From: an uncultured Acidobacteriota bacterium
Lineage (GTDB): Bacteria; Acidobacteriota; Thermoanaerobaculia; UBA5066; Gp7-AA6
Assembly (NCBI GenBank): GCA_963764715.1
Contig: CAVXTP010000006.1
Location: 416,001 to 480,000, forward strand
DNA length: 64,000 bases
Direction of reading: 5' to 3'
Made by a program: the position numbers and the translations under genes. This document shows positions 12,071 through 27,529 of the stretch, piece by piece (the first letter of the stretch is position 1; the number at the start of each line of letters is the position of its first letter). The notes below the pieces were generated by a model. The model was not told the DNA's origin. It saw only the letters and a program-made list of their open reading frames with translations, and made no database searches.

Positions 12071-12120
12071 GTAGGGGCGGGGCTCGTCCCCGCCCGGGCG
12101 GCCGCAAGGGCCGCCCCGAC
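12071..12120. repeat. GTAG-family REP doublet
   Basis: GTAGGGGCGGGGCTCGTCCCCGCCC followed by inverted GGGCGGCCGCAAGGGCCGCCCCGAC. Confidence 0.65.
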
Positions 12121-12138
12121 TTCTCCGAGGGCTCAACG

Positions 12139-12630
12139 ATGACTGTCGCCGAAAAGCTTCTCCCCGAATTCGACGGCGAGATGGCGTCGACGCGGCGCCT
12201 GCTCGAGCGGATCCCCGCCGACCGGCTCGACTGGAAGCCGCACGCGAAGTCGAAGAGCCTCGGCGAGCTCGCGACGCACCTGACCGAGCTGCCGCGCTTC
12301 GGCGTCCGCTTCGAGAAGGACGTCTTCCAGATCGGCAGCGAGAAGCCGCCGAGCATGCGGAGCGCCGCCGAGTACCTCGCGCGGTTCGACGAGAACGTCG
12401 CCGCCGCCCGCGCCGGGATCGCCCGGATGCCGGACGCGCGCATGGAGCAGGAGTTCGCCGTGACGAAACCGGACGGCTCGATCTTCTTCTCGCTCAAGCG
12501 GCGCTCGCTGCTGCGCCGGGTGCTCCTGAGCCACTCGATCCACCACCGCGGCCAGCTCACGGTCTACCTGCGCCTGCTCGACGTCCCGCTGCCCCCGATC
12601 TACGGCCCCACCGCCGACGAATCCGGTTAG
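12139..12630 (+). CDS. DinB family protein
   Basis: WKPHAKSKSLGELATH and HSIHHRGQLTVYLRL..VPLPPIYGP. Confidence 0.9.
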   Translation: MTVAEKLLPEFDGEMASTRRLLERIPADRLDWKPHAKSKSLGELATHLTELPRFGVRFEKDVFQIGSEKPPSMRSAAEYLARFDENVAAARAGIARMPDARMEQEFAVTKPDGSIFFSLKRRSLLRRVLLSHSIHHRGQLTVYLRLLDVPLPPIYGPTADESG

Positions 12631-12656
12631 CCGGGCCGGCGAGCGCCGGCACGCCG

Positions 12657-13401
12657 TCACCGGGCGAGCTTTCGCAGCTCCTCCGACGCCGCGCGGCTGG
12701 CGACGACGACGGTCCCGTCCTTCAGCGTGATCGCGAGGCGCCTCTCGTCGTAAGGCTTCAGGTGCGCGACCGCGTCGAGGTTGACGATGTGCGAGCGGTG
12801 CACCTGGCGGAAGCGCGCGGGATCGAGGCGCTCGGCGAGCTCCGAGAGCGTCAGGTGCAGGAGAAACGTTCCCTCCCCGGCGTGCACCTCGGCGTAGTCG
12901 CCCTGCGCCTGGATGCGGCGGATGCCGTCGACGGCGATCGGGCACGATGCGGTCCCCGTGCCGGGCGAAGAGCCTCGACAGCGGCCCGGGCTCGAGCGAG
13001 CTCCGCACGCGGTCGCTCGCCGCGACCGGCGTGTCGCCGAGCCTCTCCCGCACGCGGGCCACGGCCGCGGCGAGCCGCTCCCGGCCGAAGGGCTTGACGA
13101 GGTAGTCGACCGCGCCGATCTCGAAGGCCGCCACGGCGAACCGGTCGTAGGCGGTCGTGAAGACGATCTCGGCGGGATGGCGGATCTGCCGGGCGACCTC
13201 GAGCCCGGAGAGCTCGGGAAGGCGGACATCCAGGAAGATCAGGTCCGGGCGGTGCTCGTCGGCGAGCGCGAGGGCGGTCCGGCCGTCGACGGCCTCCGCC
13301 ACGACCTCGATCCAGGGAGTCTCCGCCAGGTACTCGCGCAGGCTGTCGCGGGCCGGGGCCTCGTCCTCGGCGATCAGGGCGCGGACGCGCGGGCCGTTCA
13401 C
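12657..13401 (-). CDS. LytTR-family response regulator, frameshift near 12942
   Basis: REC (LIAEDE, FLDVRLP, TAYD, DYLVKP) in one frame; LytTR (AQGDY, FRQVHRSHIVN) in the next; GTG overlaps the kinase stop. Confidence 0.85.
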
Positions 13402-14504
13402 GCGGTCTCCGGGACGGCGTCGATGGGAAGCTCCAGGCGGGCACGGAAGCCGCCTCCCGCCGGTCTCTCGAAGACGAGCTGCGCGCGGCCCGCGTAGAGG
13501 GCCGCCAGCCGCTCCTGCAGCAGGCGCAGGCCCATCCGCGGGCTCGCGGCGATCCCGTCCGGCGAGGCGCCCGGCCCGTCGTCCTCGACCGAGAGGCAGA
13601 GCCTGTCGCCCGCGCGGCGCGCCGAGAGGCGCACGCGGCCGCCGGCCGCGCGCGGGGCCACGGCATGGACGATCGCGTTCTCGACCAGAGGCTGCAGGGC
13701 GAACGGAGGGACGGACACCCCGAGCGCGTCGGGGTCCGCGTCGATCTCGAGGCAGAGCCGGTCGCCCAGGCGCACGCGCTCGAGCTCCAGGTAGCTCCGG
13801 ACGAAGTCCCACTCGCGCGCGAGCGGCACCCAGTCGCTGCCGGTCTGGTGCACCCACTGGCCGAACCGCAGCAGCTCGCCGAGGCGCTCGAGGGCGCCCT
13901 CGGCGCGCGCCGGATCACGGCGGACGAGGCCGAGGAGCGCGTGGAGGACGTTGAGCATGAAGTGGGGATGGAGCTGCGAGCGCAGCAGCTCGAGCTCGGC
14001 GCGGGCCCGCAGCACGTCGGCCCGGACGGCGCGCTCGCGGGCCTCGCGCAGGGCCTCGGCCGTGTGCCACGCGTAGCCCACGCCGGCGAGGGCGAGGTGG
14101 ATCAGCCCGTTGATGACGGTCTGCCAGGCCACGATGCCGACGGGGGGCCAGCGGATCTCGCCCCGGAACGCGAAGCCCTCGAGGACGATCAGGACGAACC
14201 AGCCCGCCGTCGATGCCAGGGCGAGCCCCGCCAGGGCCGGGGCGAGGCGCAGCGCGAGCCGCCAGCGCGCGTCGAGGTCGAGCGGCCACGGCCAGCGCCG
14301 AGCCAGGCCGAGCGACACGAACCCGAGAAGGGCGCTCGGGAGCACCGCGGCGATCGCGCCGCGCAGGGCCATCCCGAACGAGATGCCGCTCGCGCTCGTC
14401 GTGTAGAGCGCGGCGTAGACCGCCGCGAGCGCCGCCCATGCCCCCGCGTACGCCGCCAGGGGCGGGCGCAGGGTCGGCGGCGCCTCGGAGCGGGTCGTCG
14501 TCAT
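13398..14504 (-). CDS. LytS/YehU-type sensor histidine kinase
   Basis: TM segments, QLHPHFMLN H-box, LVENAIVH, EDDGPG, MGL. Confidence 0.88.
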   Translation of the reverse strand: MTTTRSEAPPTLRPPLAAYAGAWAALAAVYAALYTTSASGISFGMALRGAIAAVLPSALLGFVSLGLARRWPWPLDLDARWRLALRLAPALAGLALASTAGWFVLIVLEGFAFRGEIRWPPVGIVAWQTVINGLIHLALAGVGYAWHTAEALREARERAVRADVLRARAELELLRSQLHPHFMLNVLHALLGLVRRDPARAEGALERLGELLRFGQWVHQTGSDWVPLAREWDFVRSYLELERVRLGDRLCLEIDADPDALGVSVPPFALQPLVENAIVHAVAPRAAGGRVRLSARRAGDRLCLSVEDDGPGASPDGIAASPRMGLRLLQERLAALYAGRAQLVFERPAGGGFRARLELPIDAVPETA

Positions 14505-14562
14505 GGGTTCCGGCACCCGATTGTCGCGGCGGGACCGACCCGGCCGCAAGCCCCGCGGACGC

Positions 14563-15372
14563 TCAGCGGGCCGCCACGTCGACCGGGAGAGCCTCGATCT
14601 GCGGCAGGAGGACGTCGCGGACGTAGTGCCACTCGGGCACCGACGTCAGAGCGCCTTCCGCGTAAGCCAGGGCGAGGGCGCGATCGGGCTTCGGTCCGTG
14701 CGCGTAGACGTACGCCAGGTTCATCAGGTTCTCCGGGCCTCCCCACCGCGGCACCCAGGAGGGCGGCGCCGGCTCCGCGAGCGATTCGCGCCAGGCGGCG
14801 GCGACGCCCTGCCGCATCGTCGCGACCGCCTTCGCCACGTCCCCGCCGCGGGGAGGCGGTGCCCACATCTCCATCCCGCCCCGGATCCAAAGGGCCCGCG
14901 GATTGTCACCGGCGTTTTCGAGAATCCAGTGGAACCCCGGGATGGCTTCCTCCACGATGGCCTTGCGGCGCGCCTCGTCGTTGCCGGCGAGGTAGACGAG
15001 GTTCCCCAGACAGCCGACCATGGCGAGCTTCGCTTCGATCCACTCCGGACGGACCTGCTGGGCCGCCTTGAAGCGCGCCACCGCCTTCTCGAGGTCCGCG
15101 ACGAGGTCGTCCGGACGCGGCGTTTCGTTGAATCCGTTGATCCCGCGGCGCCAGAGAGCGAACCCCCGCCAGTACTCCCGGTACTCGGCCCGCGACGGGA
15201 CGTCGAGGCGGCCGAGCTCCGCCTCGAGCCTCGCGAGCTCGGCGCGATCGCCCCGGTAGTCGGCGTTGAGGACCGCGGCGGCGAGCTCGGCCAGCCGGGC
15301 CTCGGACTTCTGGGCCGCCGGGGCGGGCGCCGCGAGCGCGGCGAGGGCGACGATCCAGGCTATGAGCTTCAT
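14563..15372 (-). CDS. Secreted helical/TPR-like hypothetical protein
   Basis: GGAGG SD before ATG 15372; signal peptide MKLIAWIVALAALAAPAPA. Confidence 0.7.
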   Translation of the reverse strand: MKLIAWIVALAALAAPAPAAQKSEARLAELAAAVLNADYRGDRAELARLEAELGRLDVPSRAEYREYWRGFALWRRGINGFNETPRPDDLVADLEKAVARFKAAQQVRPEWIEAKLAMVGCLGNLVYLAGNDEARRKAIVEEAIPGFHWILENAGDNPRALWIRGGMEMWAPPPRGGDVAKAVATMRQGVAAAWRESLAEPAPPSWVPRWGGPENLMNLAYVYAHGPKPDRALALAYAEGALTSVPEWHYVRDVLLPQIEALPVDVAAR

Positions 15373-15526
15373 GACGTTGACCTCCATGGCGGCTTGTACG
15401 GCACGGCTGCTTCCGGACAGACGGCGCGCGTCGCCGGACGAGCCGACGGCGAGGTCGGAAGGGCGTCGCCGCGGTCGAACGGCGACGAAGTTTTCGGCCC
15501 GAGACTCGATCCACTAGACTCCGGCC

Positions 15527-16681
15527 ATGTCCTTTTCGGCCGATCTCGTTCTCGCCGCCGGCGACGCCGCGGCGTTGCGGGAGATCTGCGCCTGGGACGG
15601 GTTTCGCCCGGCGACCTTCCCGTCCGCGGACTTCCCGGTCGACGTCGTCCGCTTCGCCGGCTCGGCCTCGCGGCCGGTCGTCATCGCGCGGTCCCGCCGC
15701 GCCGAGACGCTCAAGGCGATGCCCGGAAGCCTGCGCCAGCGGGCGGAATCCGCCTTCGAGCGGGTCGCGCGGAGGCCGCCGCGACTCGGCCTCGCCCGCG
15801 GACGGTCGCTCGAGCTCGGGACGGTCCCCGCGGTGATGGGGGTCCTGAACGTGACCCCCGATTCCTTCTCGGACGGCGGCCTCTACTTCGACCGCGAGCG
15901 GGCCGTGTCCCGCGCGCTCGCGATGTTCGAGGAGGGGGCGGCGATCGTCGACGTCGGCGGCGAGTCGACGCGCCCCGCCAACTACGGCGAGGCCCGGCCG
16001 CCGGACGTCGAGGAGGAGATCGCGCGCGTCGTCCCGGTCATCGCCGCGATCCGGGCGAAGACGGACGCGCCGCTCTCCGTCGACACGCGGCGGGCCGCCG
16101 TGGCCCGTGCGGCGCTCGAGGCCGGCGCCGACCTCGTCAACGACGTTTCGGCGGGACGCTTCGACGACGCCATGCTCGAGACGATCGCGGCCGCGGGCGC
16201 GGGCGCTATCCTCATGCACATGAAGGGCACCGACCCGCGCACGATGCAGGACGACCTGCACTACGACCACCTGCTCGGCGAGATCGCCGCGTTTCTGGCC
16301 GAGGCGGCGGACCGCGCCGTCGCGGCCGGGGTCGCGCCCGGCGCGATCGCGGTCGACCCGGGCCTGGGATTCGGGAAGTCCCCGGAGGACAACCTCGTCC
16401 TGCTCCGGCACCTCGCGGCGCTCGGCACGCTCGGCCTGCCCGTCGCGGCGGGCGCCTCGCGCAAGGGGTTCGTCCGGCGCTTCTCCGGGGTCCCCGAGAC
16501 GGCCTCGGCGGCCGAGCGCCTCCCGGGCTCGCTCGCCGCGCTCGGCGCCGCCGCCGCGGGCGGCGCCTCCATCCTCCGCGTCCACGACGTGGCGGATTCG
16601 GTCCGCTTCCTCCGGATGTCCGGCGCCATCGCGCACGCCGCGCCGGCGACGGCCGCCGTTCCCGGGGCCGCGGCCCGCTGA
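15527..16681 (+). CDS. folP: Dihydropteroate synthase with ~100-aa N-terminal extension
   Basis: MGVLNVTPDSFSDGG, GGESTRP, DPGLGFGK, SRK, RVHDV. Confidence 0.93.
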   Translation: MSFSADLVLAAGDAAALREICAWDGFRPATFPSADFPVDVVRFAGSASRPVVIARSRRAETLKAMPGSLRQRAESAFERVARRPPRLGLARGRSLELGTVPAVMGVLNVTPDSFSDGGLYFDRERAVSRALAMFEEGAAIVDVGGESTRPANYGEARPPDVEEEIARVVPVIAAIRAKTDAPLSVDTRRAAVARAALEAGADLVNDVSAGRFDDAMLETIAAAGAGAILMHMKGTDPRTMQDDLHYDHLLGEIAAFLAEAADRAVAAGVAPGAIAVDPGLGFGKSPEDNLVLLRHLAALGTLGLPVAAGASRKGFVRRFSGVPETASAAERLPGSLAALGAAAAGGASILRVHDVADSVRFLRMSGAIAHAAPATAAVPGAAAR

Positions 16682-17462
16682 TGGATTCGCTCGCCTCCCG
16701 GCTCGCCCAGCTGACGCACCTGAATTTCGGCTGGCGCGACGCCCTCGACATCGCGATCGTCGCGGTCATCACCTACGGGCTGCTGCGGCTGATCCGGGGA
16801 ACGCGCGCCGTCCAGATGGTCCTGGGCCTCTTCGCCGTCTTCGCCGTCTACGCGATCGCGGTCTTCCTCAAGCTCGCGGCGCTGACGACGGTGCTCAAGG
16901 CGCTCATCTTCTACGTCCCGTTCGCGATCATCGTGCTCTTCTCGCACGAGCTGCGCCGCGCCCTGGCCGCGTTCGGACGGACGCCCTTCTTCGCGCTCTT
17001 CTCCGGGTATCACGCCGAGGAGGCGATCTCCGAGATCGTCCTCGCCGTGACCTCGCTCGCGGCCCGGCGGGTCGGCGCCCTGATCGTGCTCGAGCGCCGG
17101 GAGGGGCTCAAGACCTACATCGAAAACGGCTCGGCGATCGACTCGGCGGTGTCCTACGAGCTGCTCGTGACGCTCTTCGCCCCGGAACGCCCCTCCACGA
17201 CGGGGCCGTGATCGTCTCGGGCGACCGGATCGCCGCGGCCGCGAGCTTCCTGCCCCTGTCGCTCAAGGAGAGCCTGCCGAAGCGGTTCGGCACGCGGCAC
17301 CGCGCGGCGGTCGGCATCACGGAGGAGACCGACGCCCTGGCGATCCTGGTGTCGGAGGAGCGGGGAACGATCTCGGTCGCCCGCGACGGCGAGCTCCAGG
17401 AGGACCTCGACGGCAAGTCGCTGCGGGACCTTCTCTTCCGCGAATTCGCGGTGCACCGATGA
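16681..17462 (+). CDS. cdaA: Diadenylate cyclase CdaA, frameshift near 17183
   Basis: Three TM helices, GALIVLER, PLHDGA restored across the shift, GTRHRAA, VSEERG. Confidence 0.88.
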
Positions 17463-18164
17463 GCTTTCCCGGAAACCTCTTCCGCAATCCCGGCACGAAG
17501 CTGCTGGCGCTCGCGATCGCGTGCGTCACCTGGTACGTCCTGACGGGCGAGCGGCGGGAGCGCATCTCCGAGCGCAGCTACCGCATTCCCCTGTCCATCG
17601 TGAACATCCCGGCGGGGACGCTCATCGTCTCGCCGCTGCCGGACGCGGTCGACGTGCGGCTGCGGGGCGCGTTCACGCCGCTCCGGCAGCTCGAGCCCTC
17701 CAAGCTCGAGGCGGTCGTCGACCTCGCCGACGCGGAGCCGGGCGAGAAGCGATACACGCTCGAGCCCGGCGACATCAACGTGCCCCGGGACGTCGAGGTC
17801 ATCGCGATCTCTCCGGCCGGAGATCCGGGTCGTCCTCGACGCCGTCGCCGACAAGACCGTCCCGATCGTCCCGGACGTCACCGGCCAGCCGGCCGCCGAC
17901 TCGCGCGTCGAAGAGGTGTCGGTCGAGCCGCGCCAGGCGCGGCTGCTCGGCCCGGCCCGAACGCTCGCCCGGCTGGTCCAGATCAAGACGGACCCCGTCT
18001 CGGTCGAGGGCCGGGACGCCCCGTTCTCGATTTCGACGACCCTGTCGTCCCAGGCCCCCGGGGTCCGGGTGCGGGAGGGTCAGCTCGTGACGGTCCGCGT
18101 CCGGATCCGCGCGGTCCCCGCACCGACGCCCTCGCCGACGGCGATCCACCCGAGGCGAAAATGA
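17459..18164 (+). CDS. cdaR: YbbR/CdaR-like regulator, frameshift near 17820
   Basis: N-terminal KLLALAIACVTWY anchor, YbbR-like repeats; lies between cdaA and glmM. Confidence 0.75.
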
Positions 18165-18186
18165 CGCGCACTCCAGGAGGCCAGGC

Positions 18187-19523
18187 TTGAAGCTCTTCGG
18201 GACCGACGGACTGCGCGGACGGGCGGGCGAATATCCCCTCGATCCGGCTTCGGTGAGGCTGCTCGGCCAGGAGCTCGGCGGACGGCTGGCCGATCCGGCT
18301 CCGGCGCGGCGCGCGTCGTCGTCGGCGGCGACACGCGCGAGTCGACGCCGGCGATCGTCGCCGACCTCGCCGCGGGGCTGCGCGACGCGGGCTGCGGCGT
18401 CGCCTCCGCGGGGGTCATCACCACGCCCGGGATCGCCGAGCTCGTGCTCGAGATCGGCGCCGCGGCCGGCGTGGCCGTCTCCGCCTCGCACAATCCCTAC
18501 GAGGACAACGGCATCAAGATCTTCGGCCCCGACGGCCGCAAGTGGCCCGACGCGGAGGAAGAGTTCCTCGAGAAGAAGCTGATCGAGGGGATGGGCAAGG
18601 GCGCGCCGCGCCCGACGCCGGCGCCGCCCGACCCGGACCCGGGCCTCGTCGCAACGTACATCTCGCGGCTGAAGGCCGGGGCGCCCGAGGACCTCGAGGG
18701 CCTCCCGGTGCTTCTCGACGCCGGCAACGGCGCGGCGTTCCAGATCGGGCCGCGCGCCCTTCACCGCGCCGGGGCCCGGGTGACCGCCATTCACGACGCG
18801 CCCGACGGGCGCAACATCAACGAGGGCTGCGGAGCCCTCCACCCCGAGGGGATGGCGGTCATGACGCGCGAGGAGGGCGCCGCGCTCGGCGTGGCGTTCG
18901 ACGGCGATGCCGACCGCGCGATCTTCGCGGACGAGACGGGCCGGATCCTCGACGGCGACGACGTGCTCTGGATCGTGGCCTGCGACTGGAAGGCCCGCGG
19001 CAAGCTGCCGCCCGGAGGCGTCGTCGGCACGGTCATGTCGAACTACGGTCTCGAGGCGGCCCTTCTCCGGGAGGGGATCGCGTTCTCGCGCGCGGCCGTG
19101 GGCGACCGCAACGTCGCGCGCCGGATGGACGAGACCGGGGCGGCGCTCGGCGGCGAGACGTCCGGCCACACGCTGCTCGCTCCCCTGTCGCCGGCCGGCG
19201 ACGGGATCCTGACCGCCCTCGTCGTCGCGTCGATCGTCCAGGCGAGCGGCCGCAAGCTCTCACAGCTCGCGACGCTCACGAAGATGCCGCAGACGCTGCG
19301 CAACATCCGCGTGGCGCGCCGCGTCCCGATCGAGGAATCCCGCGGCATCACGGGGGCGGTCGCCCGCGCCGAGGAGGCCCTGCGGGCCCGGGGGCGGGTC
19401 TTCCTGCGCTACTCGGGCACCGAGCCCCTCCTGCGCATCCTCGTTGAAGGGCCGGACCATGCCGAGGTCCACGCCCTCGCCGACGAGCTCGAGATCGTGG
19501 TCCGGGCCGAGCTCGGCGCATGA
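18187..19523 (+). CDS. glmM: Phosphoglucosamine mutase, frameshift near 18310
   Basis: LFGTDGLRG, SASHNPYEDNGIK, FDGDADR, RYSGTEP. Confidence 0.92.
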
Positions 19524-20200
19524 AGGACGTCCGGGCGGTTCTCTTCGACGCGGGCGGAACGCTCATCCACGTCGACGGCGAGCGGGTCTGCCGCGCGGCC
19601 GCCGTCGCCTTCGAGGATGTGGCGTTCCGGCGCGCGGAGGCCGACGCCGTGGCCGCCGTCCGCGTCCTCGTGCTCGAGCGGCCCGAGTCGCGGGACGCCG
19701 AGCGGATCCCGCTCTACTTCGACACCCTGCTCTCGGGCCTCGGCCTCCGGGAGCCGGCCGACCGCCGGCGCGCCGCGGGCGAGGTCGCCGCCGAGCACCG
19801 TCGGCTGAATCTCTGGTCGAGGCGCGCGGAGGGCGCGCGGGAGACGCTCGGATCCCTGCGCCAGCGGGGCTACCGCATCGCGGTCGTCTCCAACGCCGAC
19901 GGCCGCGTGCGGGGACTCCTCGAGGCGGCGGGACTCGGCCCGCACCTGGAGTTCGTGGTCGACTCGGCCGAGGTCGGGGTGGAGAAACCGGACCCCCGGA
20001 TCTTTCACGCGGCCACCGGCCGGATGGGCCTGCCTCCCGGCGCCTGCGCCTACGTCGGCGACATCTACGAGATCGACGTCGTCGGGGCGGAGCGGGCGGG
20101 CCTGACGCCGATCCTCATCGGGGACGGGCCGGCGCCCGAAGGCACGCGGCGGGTGACGGACCTTTCGACGCTTCTCTCCCTCTTTCCCGGTTTCGCATAG
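19520..20200 (+). CDS. HAD-superfamily hydrolase
   Basis: FDAGGTL, VSN, KPDPRIF, GDIYEIDVVGA. Confidence 0.88.
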   Translation: MKDVRAVLFDAGGTLIHVDGERVCRAAAVAFEDVAFRRAEADAVAAVRVLVLERPESRDAERIPLYFDTLLSGLGLREPADRRRAAGEVAAEHRRLNLWSRRAEGARETLGSLRQRGYRIAVVSNADGRVRGLLEAAGLGPHLEFVVDSAEVGVEKPDPRIFHAATGRMGLPPGACAYVGDIYEIDVVGAERAGLTPILIGDGPAPEGTRRVTDLSTLLSLFPGFA

Positions 20201-20248
20201 ACTCCGGCCGATTGGCCGGCCACCCGTCGCCGGCCGGAGGAGGTCACG

Positions 20249-20413
20249 ATGGCCACCCGCACGACTCACCGCAGCGTCGCCGGCAAGAAGCTCTACGCGG
20301 TCCGCGACGCGTCCGGGCGCTTCAAGGACATCCAGACCTACGAGCGCGCCCATCGCGCCGACCTCAAGAGGAAGAGCAAGAGCGAAAAGGCCAGGGCCGC
20401 CAAGAAGAAGTAG
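20249..20413 (+). CDS. 54-aa basic small protein, absent from the ORF track
   Basis: SD GGAGGAGG; MATRTTHRSVAGKKLYAVRDASGRFKDIQTYERAHRADLKRKSKSEKARAAKKK; genome-typical codon usage. Confidence 0.75.
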   Translation: MATRTTHRSVAGKKLYAVRDASGRFKDIQTYERAHRADLKRKSKSEKARAAKKK

Positions 20414-20474
20414 CGGCGCCGCCCGCGATCGCCCCGACCCGTTTCGAGTCGTCGAAACCGCAAAGGAGGGCACC

Positions 20475-21032
20475 ATGGCCGTCGTTTCGGCTGTCCGCAC
20501 CATGGCCGAGCACTGGTGGGTCGTCCTGCTCCGGGGCCTTCTGGCGATCCTGTTCGGCGTTCTCGCCTACACCTGGCCGGGCCTGACCATCCTGTTCCTC
20601 GTGACGCTCTGGGGCGCCTACGCGCTGTTCGACGGCGTCCTCGGCGTCATCGCGGGCATCCGCGGCAAGTGGGGCTCCCTCGTCGTCATCGGCGTGCTCG
20701 GCATCGCGGCCGGCGTCATCGCGTTCCTGTGGCCGGGCCTGACGGCGGTGACGCTGCTCTGGATCCTCGCGTTCTGGGCGATCGTCGCGGGCGTGCTCCA
20801 GATCTCGGCGGCGATTCGCCTCCGCAAGGAGGTCCAGGGCGAGTGGCTCTGGGTCCTGTCGGGGATCCTGACGATCGGACTCGGCGCCCTCTTCTTCCTC
20901 TACCCGGGCGCAGGAATTCTCTCGGTCACCTGGCTGATCGCCGCGCTCGCGATCGTCTGGGGGATTCTGCTGGTGATGCTGTCGTTCAAGCTCAAGGGAC
21001 TGAAGGGAAGGATGGCGGCGCAGCCCGCGTAG
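20475..21032 (+). CDS. HdeD/DUF308 family membrane protein
   Basis: WWVVLLRGLLAILFG..WPG pattern, about six TM helices, SD AAGGAGG. Confidence 0.88.
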   Translation: MAVVSAVRTMAEHWWVVLLRGLLAILFGVLAYTWPGLTILFLVTLWGAYALFDGVLGVIAGIRGKWGSLVVIGVLGIAAGVIAFLWPGLTAVTLLWILAFWAIVAGVLQISAAIRLRKEVQGEWLWVLSGILTIGLGALFFLYPGAGILSVTWLIAALAIVWGILLVMLSFKLKGLKGRMAAQPA

Positions 21033-21035
21033 CTT

Positions 21036-21109
21036 CAGGAGGCAGGAGGCAGACGTCGGGAGGCAGGAAGAGGTCAGCGATTTCCTGCCTCCTGCTTCCT
21101 GCCTCCTGC
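21036..21109. repeat. Inverted pair of heptamer tandem arrays (CAGGAGG)n/(CCTCCTG)n, possible bidirectional terminator
   Basis: Read directly; lies between convergent genes. Confidence 0.75.
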
Positions 21110-21116
21110 GGCCTGA

Positions 21117-21332
21117 TCAACCGTACCGCTCCACGTCCGGCGGAACCTTACCGATCACGTTCGGCTCCTGGAAGACCATCGCCGTGCCGGCGATCGGCAC
21201 GTAGATGGTGTGGTTGCCGGCGGCCAGGTCGACGCGGCACTCGTAGTAGCCGTGGGGCGAGATTGTCATCAGCATCGCGGGCTTGTTCTTGAAGTCGAGC
21301 ATCGGGCAGAACAGGATGACTTTGGCGGGCAT
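21117..21332 (-). CDS. 71-aa hypothetical protein directly downstream of ligA
   Basis: AAGGAG SD within the ligA 3' end; 3-nt gap; typical codon usage. Confidence 0.7.
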   Translation of the reverse strand: MPAKVILFCPMLDFKNKPAMLMTISPHGYYECRVDLAAGNHTIYVPIAGTAMVFQEPNVIGKVPPDVERYG

Positions 21333-21335
21333 CGG

Positions 21336-26428
<5,093 letters not shown>

Positions 26429-27469
26429 CGTCCGGTCGAAGCGGACCCGGTAGACGAAGGGCTGACGCCGGAGCCCCCGCTCCTGGTCCGGCTCCCAGGG
26501 CCCCGTGAAGAACGGCAGGAAGCGCAGGTCCTGGATGATGACCGTCGCCCCCCCGCCCGGCTCCGGGTACACCGTCTCGAGCGGGAACCGCGCGAACGCC
26601 AGGTAGATCTGCCAGTCCGTCAGCTTCCGCGCGGCCTCGAGCACGGGCGAGTCCTCGGGCTTCGGGTAGCTCGCCACCTTCGCCCGGGAGGGCGGCGGGT
26701 AGAAATCCGACAGGCTCTGGAGAACGTCGCGCCACCGCTTCGGAGGCTGGGGGTTCTCGATGCCCTTCGCGAACGGGCCGATGTCGAAGAAGGCGACGCG
26801 GATCTCTCCGCCGCTCTCCGAGAGGCCGAGCCAGCGGAACGGCGACAGGAACTGCGGCAGCACGGCGATCCGGGCGTCCGCCGCGGGACGGTCGATGGCC
26901 TTCCAGACCGCCAGCGCGCGGGCGTGGAGCACGGCGCAGGCCGCGATGTACGCCAGGAGCAGACCGGAGCCGACGAGCGCGATGCGCCGCGCCCGGTCCC
27001 GGAAGACGAGCGTGAGGACGAGCGTACCGAGCGAGATGGAAGTGAAGAACGGGTCGAGGATGAAGAGCCAGTCGAGGAAGTAGCGGTGCCGGGTCGCCGG
27101 CGTCCAGAACATGATCCCGAAGGACGTCGCCCAGTCGAAGAGGATGTGGGAGAGGATCCCGATCGATGCGAACACCCAGAGCGTCGCAATCCGCGTCCGG
27201 CGCGCGAAGACCCTCGAGACGAGCGCGAGCCCCAGCGCGAGAAACGGCAGCACCAGGAAAGAGTGGGTCCAGCTGCGGTGGTCGCGCAGGTAGTCCATCC
27301 GGTTGGAGAAGAAGAGAAAGTCGAGGTCCGGCACCATGGCCGAAAACGCGCCGAGGATGAGGGCCGACCAGACCGCGGGGCGCTCGGCGGCCGAGCGGGT
27401 CAGGATCGAGCCCGCGAGGCTGTGGGAGATCGTGTCCATGCGGCAGCGGATGATAACCGGGGGCAACGA

Positions 27470-27503
27470 CAGGATGCAGGAGGCGGGAGGCAGGAGGCAG
27501 GAC
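27470..27503. repeat. Heptamer tandem repeat (CAGGAGG variants)
   Basis: CAGGATG CAGGAGG CGGGAGG CAGGAGG CAGGAC between divergent genes. Confidence 0.7.
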
Positions 27504-27529
27504 ACGGGATTACCTGATAACTTGATCGC

